64,000 nucleotides of DNA, taken from assembly GCA_963745075.1 (NCBI GenBank), contig CAVUWV010000028.1, positions 128,001 to 192,000 on the forward strand, given 5' to 3'. This DNA comes from Candidatus Hydrogenedentota bacterium (GTDB lineage: Bacteria; Hydrogenedentota; Hydrogenedentia; Hydrogenedentales; SLHB01). A program made the position numbers and the translations under genes. The notes under the pieces are model-generated. The model did no database searches and was not told the origin of the DNA. It saw nothing but the letters and a program-made list of their open reading frames with translations. Positions 10,539 to 20,002 of the stretch are shown here, one piece after another; within the stretch, counting starts at the first letter, position 1; each line of letters opens with the position of its first letter.

Positions 10539-12878
10539 TCAATTACCCCGGTCGAACGTATACTCCTCTTCCAGCGTACCGTCGCGTTTCCATAACTTGG
10601 CCGGACCGTCCGCGTGAAAGTTGCGCCAACTCGATTCGGATTTCTTCTCGTCCCCGGGCCACCATTGCGTCCACCGCGCGGTCCCATCGGGACGGTACTG
10701 CCACTTCCATTCAGGCGAGCCATCGCGGCAGTAAAAGACCTCTTCGTCCACCCTCTTGCCCAGGGCGAAATCGGCTTCGTATTGCTTGGTCCCGTCTTCG
10801 TAGTACCACGTCTCCGTGCCATGCAGGAGATAGCGTCCGTCGTTCCCGATACCGGCATGCCACGCCGCCTTGAGCTGACCGTTTGCGTAATTCTCCTCAT
10901 ACGATTGCACGTCATGCACGCTGTTCGTTCCATTTGCCATGACCACGGCATCGTCATCCGGCGTCGGTTCGTCGGAAAGTATCCAGGCCTCGTTCATGGC
11001 GAAGTGAAGGCACGGCTTATTCATCGTGGTAATCAGGTGGATGATCCCGTTGGGTGCCTGACGTGCCACGGAGTAACCGAGGGTGTCCGCGCCGCCGTGC
11101 CGCTCCCGGTTTTCGTGGGGCTGTGCGCCGGGAAGCTTCTTGATATGCCAGGTTTCCCCGTCATCGTCGGAAAGCGCCACAAAGGAACCGCGTTGATGAA
11201 TGGTCTCCGGGGACGCGCCGTCGATCCGTTGGAAGTCCCCGCAGAAGAACATTCGCCCGCTTCTGAGGCGCAGCACACAGGGCCGTTGGTTCGAGCCGTA
11301 CGCGGGAAATTGCGTTGCACTGACCTCCCACGTCTTTCCACCATCCGTTGAGATCGATTTCGGCATGTAACCGTTGATATCGCTGCTCTTTCCGCCCATG
11401 CCGAGGAGCGTCATTCCGTCCTTGAGTAATGTAATTGTCGTGTGGCGGCCGCCGGTGCGTCCCCCTCTGTCCTGCCACGTCTGCAGATTGTCGGAGCTTC
11501 GCCACAACACGGACGACGCGCCCTCTCCGTCGCTGGGGACGTAGACGTTGCCTTGCTTGTCGCGAACGACCGTGTTGATCGGTTGACGGGAGTGAGTGCC
11601 GACCTCGGTGGTGAACAGCGGGTATTGCACGTCACTCCAGGCTGCGCCGCTGTCGGTGGAGGTAATCCAGTTGAACGGAAAGCCGCCGATGGCGCGCGTG
11701 TTGGAAAAGAAGCATCGAACCGTGTCCCCTTCGGTCCAGAGAAGCGGCGTATTGTCGCAGGCGTCAGGCATGTCGAGCCAGTAGGATGGCATGTCCCACT
11801 CATCCGATCCGTAGCGCAGCCGCGTGCACATCAGCGACATCCCCGGTTCGTACTCGTTCCACGAACTGAAGATGACCATGAGCAGATCGCCGTTCGGCAT
11901 CACCTCCAGTGCGGGACTGTGGTTGTGCCCGCGAAACGCCGGATGCAGTCCGAGCACGCGCATCTTGCGAATGTGTTCCGCGATTTGTTCTTCGTGCATC
12001 CCTTCAATGGTTTCCGGTGGCGACGGGAGCAGATACCGTTTCCGGAAGTATGGTTTGTCCGAGGACGGGCCTTGGGAGGCAGCGACGTTCTGCGTGGTTT
12101 GTTTGACGCCAAGATTTGCGAAGGGAACCACGCGGTGAAGGGCTGGCGTTTCGGGCATGGGGGCGCGGACTACGCGAAACCCAATCCGGTGCTGTCCAAA
12201 CCCTGTCCGACTTTCGCGCGGGGCGAAGTCCGGCGCCATACCGGCCCGATTCGCCGCACGCTGGTAATAGGTCCCTTGCGTGTGAGGCAGCATATAGCGT
12301 GAATCATCGTCCAGTTTGTTGCCGCGCACGACCCGGGCCATCCCTCCGTCCGGGCCCACGGGATCGGTCTGTGGTTCATCCCGGTATTCCCCGTACCAAT
12401 CCAGACACCATTCCGGCACCTCGTTGCACATGCCAACCAGACTCTCGGCCTTCGACGGTTCGGTCCGATCGCCAGGACCTCCGCCATTGAGCCGGCACGC
12501 GTACTCCCACTCGGCCTCCGTCGGAAGACGATACGGCTGCCCTTCCTTCTTGGAAAGCCAGGCGCAGAAGTCCATCGCGTCGTGCCAACTGACGCCCGTT
12601 ACCGCACCCGATGGGGCAGAATACGGGTGATCTTTGCGAAATTGCTGATACTGATCGAGGGATACTTTGGACGTTGAGATGTCGTAGGGGTGCGAGAACG
12701 TTACTTGGTGAATCGGCAGCTCGTCCCAATCGCCGTCCCCAGAACCCATCGAAAAAGTTCCCGCAGGAATCGTGATGAATTCCAGACCGATACTGCTCGG
12801 CTCCGCAGCACGCGCCAGACATGCCAAACCCAGGTAGCACACCAAGGAAAGCAGCCGAAAAACATGGACCGTCTTCAC
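10539..12878 (-). CDS. Secreted FGE/SUMF1-domain plus BNR sialidase-like propeller plus MORN-like C-terminus
   Basis: IPAGTFSMG, YRLPTEAEWEYAC, IGFRVVR; Asp-boxes STDSGAAW, STDGGKTW, SDDDGETW; YYEDGTKQYE-type repeats. Confidence 0.8.
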   Translation of the reverse strand: MKTVHVFRLLSLVCYLGLACLARAAEPSSIGLEFITIPAGTFSMGSGDGDWDELPIHQVTFSHPYDISTSKVSLDQYQQFRKDHPYSAPSGAVTGVSWHDAMDFCAWLSKKEGQPYRLPTEAEWEYACRLNGGGPGDRTEPSKAESLVGMCNEVPEWCLDWYGEYRDEPQTDPVGPDGGMARVVRGNKLDDDSRYMLPHTQGTYYQRAANRAGMAPDFAPRESRTGFGQHRIGFRVVRAPMPETPALHRVVPFANLGVKQTTQNVAASQGPSSDKPYFRKRYLLPSPPETIEGMHEEQIAEHIRKMRVLGLHPAFRGHNHSPALEVMPNGDLLMVIFSSWNEYEPGMSLMCTRLRYGSDEWDMPSYWLDMPDACDNTPLLWTEGDTVRCFFSNTRAIGGFPFNWITSTDSGAAWSDVQYPLFTTEVGTHSRQPINTVVRDKQGNVYVPSDGEGASSVLWRSSDNLQTWQDRGGRTGGRHTTITLLKDGMTLLGMGGKSSDINGYMPKSISTDGGKTWEVSATQFPAYGSNQRPCVLRLRSGRMFFCGDFQRIDGASPETIHQRGSFVALSDDDGETWHIKKLPGAQPHENRERHGGADTLGYSVARQAPNGIIHLITTMNKPCLHFAMNEAWILSDEPTPDDDAVVMANGTNSVHDVQSYEENYANGQLKAAWHAGIGNDGRYLLHGTETWYYEDGTKQYEADFALGKRVDEEVFYCRDGSPEWKWQYRPDGTARWTQWWPGDEKKSESSWRNFHADGPAKLWKRDGTLEEEYTFDRGN

Positions 12879-12927
12879 GAGCCGCGCCCTCCCTCATCTT
12901 ATTGTTGAATCCCATCCTAGCTGCGGT

Positions 12928-13666
12928 TCAGCCCGCCGATTGCGTCCCCCACCAGCCGATCAGGCTGCCGGCGATGAATGCGGCCTGCTTCTCACGGACA
13001 GGTTCCGGGAAATGTACGTGGTCCGCGAAGAGGTTTTGGCCAATGTTGTTCGTGAACGCGAACAAATCGATCTCTGGGACGCCGGCCGCTTTCATGACAC
13101 CATCCGCGACATCGTTGTATGCAGCGCAATCTGCTGAGAACCGGTAGAACGTGCTGTTGGGTTTGTTGTGAACCTTCTCATCCACGGGCGTGGTCCGCAC
13201 CCAGACGACTTTCATGCCCATCCGCTGAGCGGAGGCGAGGATCATCTTCAAATTCTCCTCGTATTGATCGATGGGAACCTGTTTCTCCTTTGTCTTCGGA
13301 TCGCTCTTGATGTCGTGAAGACCACAATTCAACAACAAGATATCCGCGTCGAGCCCGCCGGCTTTCTCCGCCGCTTCGATGTAGCGGAGCACCATGGACG
13401 AGTCTCCCCCGTTCTGGTTTCGTGGATCGGGGATGCCCGCTTTCGCTTCGCTCTCGTCGGTTTTCCGCGCGTAATGCATAAATCCGTTGAGATACTGCTG
13501 AAGAAAGGGTCCATATTGAAGGGAGATGCTGTCGCCGATAACAAACACGCGCGGCAGTTTCGCGTCGGTCTTTTCCTCTGTTGTCTTGGGCAAGAGCGGG
13601 CATGCGGAAGACGACAACTAGAAACGTCGCAACCGCTACGGTCATCAGAATTCTGCTCTGGTTCAC
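12928..13666 (-). CDS. Secreted SGNH/GDSL hydrolase; frameshift after the signal peptide
   Basis: GDSIS, NCGLHD and DHVH motifs; signal peptide MNQSRILMTVAVATFLVVVFRMPALAQD is in the adjacent frame (shift near 13582). Confidence 0.8.
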
Positions 13667-13803
13667 GATAGTATCTCCTCTGGGATCAACTCGTTTCGTC
13701 CAGCACGAAGCTTAATTCAACCTTGATAGTCTCGCTTGTCTTTCACTGTGGAGTCTTGGTGTACGGCCGTCAGCCGTCACCTCGGTCACTCCAAAGTATG
13801 GCG

Positions 13804-13834
13804 AAGATGGATCCCCGCTTTCGCGGGGATGACG
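13804..13834 (-). repeat. CGTC-tagged palindromic repeat
   Basis: Reverse complement CGTCATCCCCGCGAAAGCGGGGATCCATCTT. Confidence 0.7.
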
Positions 13835-13883
13835 CTGCGGATGTCATTCGCATGTACTCGTCTGGCCAGCGAGATCCTCGGCA

Positions 13884-16196
13884 TTACCGGCCCGGCATCA
13901 GCCCCTTGGGACGTGGCGGGCCGTCGTAGGGTGCGGCGCCGTGTTGTTCGCCGGAACTTTTCGGGACCGTAAGCAGGTCCTTATCCTTTACCGTGGGCGC
14001 TTCGATCATCCCGTAGTAGCGGCCCATCCAGTAGTCTTCCAGCCAGCCGATGGGCGGGGTAACGGTACGTCCGCCGCTGCCGCCGTCGTATCGGAGGGCA
14101 TTGCGGCTGCCCCACATGGCCGTGGATTCGCGCGGAGAAATGGCCCGGGTGCCCCCGCCGTACGGTACGTACCCCGGTTCGGGCGCGAGATCGCGGCGGT
14201 GCGAATTGTGGTAACTGTAGTTCACGCAGTCCAAGGGCCATTCACGCAGGTGCTGCACCGACCGGCCCGTCTCGCAGTTGTTGCCGGTGAGCGCGCCATA
14301 GATGAAATTGAAGAAGGGGATGTGCTGCATGCGCATGACTTCCCAACTCCGCTCGATGCTGCGCAGGTAGATGGAACGCAAGTGCGGATCCTGGGCGTAC
14401 ATCAAGAGCGGGTAGTAGCAGCGAAACGCGAGTTCATCATCCCACGGCACGACTTCATCCGGCGGGAACGTGACCTTCTGCCGGACGGTATACGTCGGGT
14501 AGCGCCAGTCGACGAGTTGCTGCAAGCCATCCGCAAACTTTTGATTGCCGGTCAGGGCATAGGCCGTTGTTACATATGTTTGGGCCTCCATCCCGTTCAG
14601 GCCCCGTGCCCCAAAGCCGTAGGGTTGTAGCAGGTAGTCGGGATCCCATCGTCCCCACCGTGTAGGCTGGCCGTCCATGTCGCGTAGCACCCAGCCGTTG
14701 TCGATAATATGATTCGTGATGTTCGCAAGGTGCTGCTCCGCACGTGTCTTCTCGGCCCCCTTGGCAACGAGATCGTGGAAGATCGATACCGAGTACATAT
14801 GCGCATTGACTTCATCGCTGGAGGTGTCGCCCTTCCAACTGAAAAGGCCGTCCTCGGTCGGCCACCACTTGGCCGGAAGTCCACCCGAGCCGCGTTCGGC
14901 GCGCTTGCCTTTGTCGGCCGTCTCGGACCAGATGGCACGCGCGATGAATCCGTCCTTGGGCGTGATGGCATCCAGCCAGATCATGGCCTGGAAGGCGTCC
15001 AGCGCTTCTTCCCGCGCTTCCTTGTCGCCGGTTGCGGCATACTTGAATGACATGGCGGCGAGGTAATGGGCCGTGTGTCCGCCGTCATTATCGCTGACTT
15101 CGCGTAGCCATTCACCGCCGTGCCGATACAATTTGTGCACGAAACCGAGCCGCTTGAACCCCCACTCCTCCATGTCACGCTCGTAATAGGCTGCTTTCTT
15201 CGCGAGGGTGTAGGGTTCGTAGTGAATGATGCCGATGCCGCCGTCCGTCGCAATGTATACCACGCGCTCGCCCACGGCAATATCGTGCACATTGTTTCCC
15301 GGCAACCAGAGGTACGGGCCAAAGTACTGGTACTCCTCCCCCACTTTGCGAACGGCGCCCGTAGTGGTGCCGATCCAGAGGTCGTCGTCAAATCCCTGCG
15401 CCAGACAGGTCGTGTCGTCAGAGGGCAAGCCTTCCTTCCCGGTAATTGCCGTCAACGCCATTCCCCGCAGCACGGAAAGCCCACGGTTCGTCGTGACGTA
15501 CAGCGCGTTGCCGTCGGCCATCAAGTCGCGCAGGTCATCGGTGGGAAACATCCCCCAATCGATCGGCTCCGGTCGAAGCACTGCGCCATCCAGCAAGGCG
15601 ATGTTATCACGTCGCAACATGTACAGCGTGCCGCTGTAGGAATCTATCGCCCGGATGGGACCTATCGTCACGGGATCGGCTAGTACCTGGGAGCCGTCCG
15701 CCATGATCACGGTGCTGTCGTTGGACAACCAGCCGGTCTCGGGTTTGATATTCACGAAGGCGCCGTTCTCATACCGGAAAATGTCATCTTTGGTTGCGCC
15801 GTGAACGTCACCGAGGTGCAAGCACAGATCCACGAAGGGCAGGTCGCTGACTTGTGTCCACACCGTTCCCTGAAACCGGTATACGCCGGGCTCCGCGATG
15901 GCCCAGAGCGCACCGTCGAGTGCCTCCAGGTGCGTGACACCGGGCGGCGCCCCGGCCGCGGGCGTTAGTGCATCTCCGTCAATTGCATATACTGTTTTGG
16001 CGGCCACGACGTACGCGTTGTCGCCCAATAACGCGACGGCAGTGACCGGTGTATCCGTTTCAATCTTCTGTCCGACTTCCTGGAGATACGGCTCGTCGGC
16101 AATGGGTTTCCATAGCGGTTCGCTCGCGAACGACGTGGAGACAGCCAGTACGACGAGCATGAGGCTGCGTGCACACAGATTCCGGTGGTTTAGCAT
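13884..16196 (-). CDS. Secreted hypothetical protein: beta-propeller plus predicted alpha-helical catalytic-like domain
   Basis: Signal peptide; Reg_prop-like GLPSDDTTCLAQGFDDDLWIGT repeats; helical C-terminal half with DNDG, DTSSDE and WDDELAF. Confidence 0.75.
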   Translation of the reverse strand: MLNHRNLCARSLMLVVLAVSTSFASEPLWKPIADEPYLQEVGQKIETDTPVTAVALLGDNAYVVAAKTVYAIDGDALTPAAGAPPGVTHLEALDGALWAIAEPGVYRFQGTVWTQVSDLPFVDLCLHLGDVHGATKDDIFRYENGAFVNIKPETGWLSNDSTVIMADGSQVLADPVTIGPIRAIDSYSGTLYMLRRDNIALLDGAVLRPEPIDWGMFPTDDLRDLMADGNALYVTTNRGLSVLRGMALTAITGKEGLPSDDTTCLAQGFDDDLWIGTTTGAVRKVGEEYQYFGPYLWLPGNNVHDIAVGERVVYIATDGGIGIIHYEPYTLAKKAAYYERDMEEWGFKRLGFVHKLYRHGGEWLREVSDNDGGHTAHYLAAMSFKYAATGDKEAREEALDAFQAMIWLDAITPKDGFIARAIWSETADKGKRAERGSGGLPAKWWPTEDGLFSWKGDTSSDEVNAHMYSVSIFHDLVAKGAEKTRAEQHLANITNHIIDNGWVLRDMDGQPTRWGRWDPDYLLQPYGFGARGLNGMEAQTYVTTAYALTGNQKFADGLQQLVDWRYPTYTVRQKVTFPPDEVVPWDDELAFRCYYPLLMYAQDPHLRSIYLRSIERSWEVMRMQHIPFFNFIYGALTGNNCETGRSVQHLREWPLDCVNYSYHNSHRRDLAPEPGYVPYGGGTRAISPRESTAMWGSRNALRYDGGSGGRTVTPPIGWLEDYWMGRYYGMIEAPTVKDKDLLTVPKSSGEQHGAAPYDGPPRPKGLMPGR

Positions 16197-16385
16197 GGTA
16201 AATCCTCTCGATCGATCCCCGTTGGCCGCCCCTGCGGCGAAGCTATGGCGAGAGTATCATATGGGATCTCGGAAGGTACACCGGGCGATTCGGCGCACGG
16301 AGACGGTGGTAGTCCGAAGGTTCACCATACTACTATCTCCGAGAATGCCGAATTCTTGCCGTGGTTTTTCGAGGTCGCGATCCTG

Positions 16386-16414
16386 AGTAGGATGGGAATG
16401 ATTCCCATCCTACT
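16386..16414. repeat. Perfect 14-bp-arm GTAG-tagged palindrome
   Basis: AGTAGGATGGGAAT-G-ATTCCCATCCTACT. Confidence 0.7.
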
Positions 16415-16517
16415 TTGCAGCATTCTCTTTCGAGTCCGGTTGCGATGATATGGATCATTCTCAATTTGGTTGCGGCTACGCCGCGCTGTGTGACGGGTGG
16501 GTACTATAAAACGACTG

Positions 16518-16548
16518 AAGATGGTTTCCCGCATTCGCGGGAATGACG
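16518..16548 (-). repeat. CGTC-tagged palindromic repeat
   Basis: Reverse complement CGTCATTCCCGCGAATGCGGGAAACCATCTT. Confidence 0.7.
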
Positions 16549-16606
16549 GGATGGAAATTTCGCGTGATGGATCGTCCTGCCATCGTGTAGCTTGCAGTCA
16601 ACGTAC

Positions 16607-16772
16607 GAGCGTGTTTCAAAAATGGCCGTCACTCCATTTAACAGACGTGCGGCGAATGTCGCGCAGGCGTTTTCGCTTGCAAATCCTGAGACAGAACCCC
16701 AACGAATGCCGGCGGGGACGCCTGCGCTACATTCGCCGCGCCCCGTCGTTATCCCACTTTTGAAACACGCTC
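16607..16772. mobile_element. MITE-like element with 15-bp perfect terminal inverted repeats and a nested REP doublet
   Basis: GAGCGTGTTTCAAAA (16607-16621) and TTTTGAAACACGCTC (16758-16772); internal GTCGCGCAGGCGT...ACGCCTGCGCTAC. Confidence 0.6.
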
Positions 16773-16783
16773 TAAGACCGAAA

Positions 16784-19771
16784 TTACATCATCACTTCGG
16801 GCGTGAAACCGCGGCGCATGGTGTTTTCGGTGACGCAGCGGGCATCGATGAAATTCAACAGGTATCCCGGCCCGCCTGCTTTGGCGTCGGTGCCGCTCAT
16901 ACGGAAACCGCCAAAGGGTTGACGTCCAACCATCGAGCCGGTGCAGCCGCGGTTCAGGTAAAGATTGCCGACTCGGAATCGTTCGCGCGCCATGGTCAAA
17001 TGGCTGGGTTGGCGCGAGTAGACCGCGCCGGTGAGGGCGAATTCACTTTCCAACGCACAGTCCAGCGCCTCTTCGAATGAATCGACGCACGTCAGCGCGA
17101 GCACGGGACCGAAGAGTTCCCGTTGCAAGAGTTCGTGTTGGCGGTCGTCGATACGAAGTACGATCGGGGGTATGAAGTGACCTCCGTTCGGAACGGTATC
17201 CCTTTGGAAGAGGACCTCCGTACCGGGACCCGGCGTGTCACACACTGCAAGTAACCGGCGATAGGCCAGTTCGTCCACGACGGGCGGGATCTGGCAGTTG
17301 GGTTCCACGGCCGATGTCAATTTCAAACTACGAGTCGCCTCGATCAACCGGCTCACAAATCGGTCCAACACCGAGTCCAGAACGATCGCGCGCGAACACG
17401 CGGAACACTTCTGCCCGGCGTAGGCGAACGCACTTTGGATCACGCCTCTAACGGCTTCGTCGAGGTCCGCGTCTTCGTCGATAACGATTGCGTTCTTGCC
17501 GCCCATTTCGCAGATGGCACGCTTCAACTCGGGCTGGCCAGGTTGACACTTTCCGATGCGTTCGAGGATTGACAGCCCAACTTCCCTGCTGCCCGTAAAC
17601 GCGACTTGCGCTACCAGTGGGTGGTCGACCAAAACCGGTCCGATCGTTTCTCCGTGGCCGGGCAGGAACTGGACGACTTTGGGTGGGAATCCGGCGTCGA
17701 GCATATGTTCGAACAACGCGTAAGCGACGGCACTGGATTGTTCCGCCGGTTTCATGAGCACCGGGTTTCCGCTTACGAGCGCCGCGGTCGACATGCCGCA
17801 CAGAATGGCGAGGGGAAAATTCCAAGGCGCGATGATAGCCGTCGGACCGCGTCCCTCGTAGGTCACCACATTCGATTCACCCGGGACATGACTGAGATCG
17901 CGCGGCGCCAGCTCCTCCATGGCAAGGCGCGCGTAGTAGCGGCAAAAGTCGATGGCCTCCGTCACGTCGGCATCTGCCTCCGCCCAGGGTTTAGCGACTT
18001 CGTGCACCTGCAATGCTGCGAGGCGGTGCCGGTCCCGTTCGAGTCGCCGGGCCAATACTTCCAGAAGCTCTGCACGTTCCCGCAACGGCCTGTCGCGCCA
18101 TTGCGGCCATGCATCCCAAGCCGACTGGACGGCCTCGGCCACCGTGTCCGTATCGGTGTCGGAAACACGAGCAACAACCGATTCGCCGTCGTTGGGAGAG
18201 ATACGGTTGAACGAGATTCCACACTCCACATGGTTTCCCGCCACGACCGTTGGTACGTGGATCGGCAATTGCCCGGACACCGCTTCGAGGGCCTTTGCCA
18301 GCGCATCCCGCTCATCGGCTCGGGTGAAATCGGAATGGGGACAATTTGTGAATGGATCGTCCAGACCGGCGGGCGGTGACTCAACTATACGCTGACCAAC
18401 CGGCGATTGGGACGGCGTTACCAATAAAGCATCGATATTCGCCTTATCGTGATAGCTGAGACGGAGAAAGCCTTCATTCGACGTATTTTCGAGGAGCCGC
18501 CGCACGAGATACGCCATACCGGGCAATAACTCGCCTACCGGAGTATACAATCGGACTCGGTGCCTGCGTTCGTGCAAGACCGACCGCAAAGGTTCGGCCA
18601 TACCGTACAGCATTTGGAATTCGTAGGCACTTGGCGGCACATCGAGTTCATCCGCATACGCCAGGATCGACGCGATCGACCGCAGGTTGTGCGACCCGAA
18701 TGCCGGTGTGAGATGTTCGTGGTGCCGTAGAAGGAATTCCGAGAGCATTTCAAAGTTGGCGTCGGTGGACGCCTTGTCCTCGAACACGGGGCACTCGTAG
18801 CCATGTTGCCGGGCGTGGACCACTTCGTAGTCCCAGTAGGCGCCTTTTACCAAGCGCACCGTAATCGGCACGCCACGACCCTGGGCCAACTCCAGCAACC
18901 GTCTCAGATCGGCATGGGCACGCTTGGTATACGCTTGAACCGCGACACCGATATGCGGCCATGCGTGCAGGTCTTCGTGGCACAACACCGTCTCCAGAAG
19001 ATCGAGGGTGATCCCGTGAATGGCCCACTGCTCCATATCGAAGTTTACAAAAACGTCTCGATCGCGGGCGTGTAATAGAATGGGAATGACATGCCTGGAT
19101 GCGCGGGCGACGCTCCCTGCCGGATCCACCGGGTCCAAATGGGGTTCGAGCGCAGAGATCTTCAATGAGACGTTTACGCGCGGAACCGGACCAAGTGCGC
19201 CTTCTTCCAAAACCCGTGCAGAGGGCCAGGAGACCGCTTCTTGCGCCAACCGATCGATCAGTTCGAGATAACGTGCCGAATAGGTGTCCGCTTCCTCGTC
19301 GCTCACGGTGACTTCGCCCAGCAGGTCAACCGTCGCGCCAATCCCGCCTTCGTAGAGCGCGCGAAGGCGTGGCATGGCTTCATCCAGGTTCTCGCCGACG
19401 ATGAAGCGATGCGCCATTTCGCGCACGGCTTTTTCCGTGATTTTGGCGGTCAGCGTCGACGGCAAGCCACTGGACGCCAACCGGAACAAACTGCCGGCGC
19501 CTTTTGGCAACGTCTTTCCGTCCGTTTGCAGATACTCCTTGACGTGTTGTTGCACCGACGATGCGGACCGAAGCCCGGGGAGTACGTCTACCAAACGGAA
19601 GAGGTCGGTTTTGAGTGCCGGACGATCCATGCTCCACTCGAGCATGCGGCCCATCCAGAAATCCGTCTGAAACAGGGTGGGTGTCTCGCCGCGCATTTCG
19701 TTCCAGAGGCTACGCGCGGTGTCTTGAACTTTGTCTTCAAACGAGCGAACTTCTTTGGTAACCACATTCAC
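16784..19771 (-). CDS. putA: Bifunctional proline dehydrogenase / P5C dehydrogenase
   Basis: VRLVKGAYW, FQMLYGM and YLVRRLLEN (PRODH); PWNFPLAI, EMGGKN, GQKCSACSR and ELFGP (ALDH). Confidence 0.95.
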   Translation of the reverse strand: MNVVTKEVRSFEDKVQDTARSLWNEMRGETPTLFQTDFWMGRMLEWSMDRPALKTDLFRLVDVLPGLRSASSVQQHVKEYLQTDGKTLPKGAGSLFRLASSGLPSTLTAKITEKAVREMAHRFIVGENLDEAMPRLRALYEGGIGATVDLLGEVTVSDEEADTYSARYLELIDRLAQEAVSWPSARVLEEGALGPVPRVNVSLKISALEPHLDPVDPAGSVARASRHVIPILLHARDRDVFVNFDMEQWAIHGITLDLLETVLCHEDLHAWPHIGVAVQAYTKRAHADLRRLLELAQGRGVPITVRLVKGAYWDYEVVHARQHGYECPVFEDKASTDANFEMLSEFLLRHHEHLTPAFGSHNLRSIASILAYADELDVPPSAYEFQMLYGMAEPLRSVLHERRHRVRLYTPVGELLPGMAYLVRRLLENTSNEGFLRLSYHDKANIDALLVTPSQSPVGQRIVESPPAGLDDPFTNCPHSDFTRADERDALAKALEAVSGQLPIHVPTVVAGNHVECGISFNRISPNDGESVVARVSDTDTDTVAEAVQSAWDAWPQWRDRPLRERAELLEVLARRLERDRHRLAALQVHEVAKPWAEADADVTEAIDFCRYYARLAMEELAPRDLSHVPGESNVVTYEGRGPTAIIAPWNFPLAILCGMSTAALVSGNPVLMKPAEQSSAVAYALFEHMLDAGFPPKVVQFLPGHGETIGPVLVDHPLVAQVAFTGSREVGLSILERIGKCQPGQPELKRAICEMGGKNAIVIDEDADLDEAVRGVIQSAFAYAGQKCSACSRAIVLDSVLDRFVSRLIEATRSLKLTSAVEPNCQIPPVVDELAYRRLLAVCDTPGPGTEVLFQRDTVPNGGHFIPPIVLRIDDRQHELLQRELFGPVLALTCVDSFEEALDCALESEFALTGAVYSRQPSHLTMARERFRVGNLYLNRGCTGSMVGRQPFGGFRMSGTDAKAGGPGYLLNFIDARCVTENTMRRGFTPEVMM

Positions 19772-20002
19772 GGAATGTGTTCTCCACGTAAGCAGCCACT
19801 AACGTTAATCCCTTGCGGGTACGCTTTATTCCTATGCAGACTGAACGGAAGGGCGTCGAAGGTTACGCCGCCGCAGTTCTTGCGGAATTGCCATTTTTGC
19901 CATGTGCTTCGCGAGTCCCGTCGAATGGACCCTTCTCTTGACTGCCATAGGAATATCCCGCACAATTCCGGTTCCATCTTCTACCGCAGGCAGGGGACCG
20001 TA

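Noticed and set aside
10539..12878. FGE domain as a diversity-generating retroelement target
   Set aside because: No reverse transcriptase and no template/variable repeat pair seen in the window.
19241..20002. N-terminal extension of the TPP enzyme overlapping putA
   Set aside because: Family similarity begins at MDKMTGGE (20003); the extension is an open antisense frame of putA.
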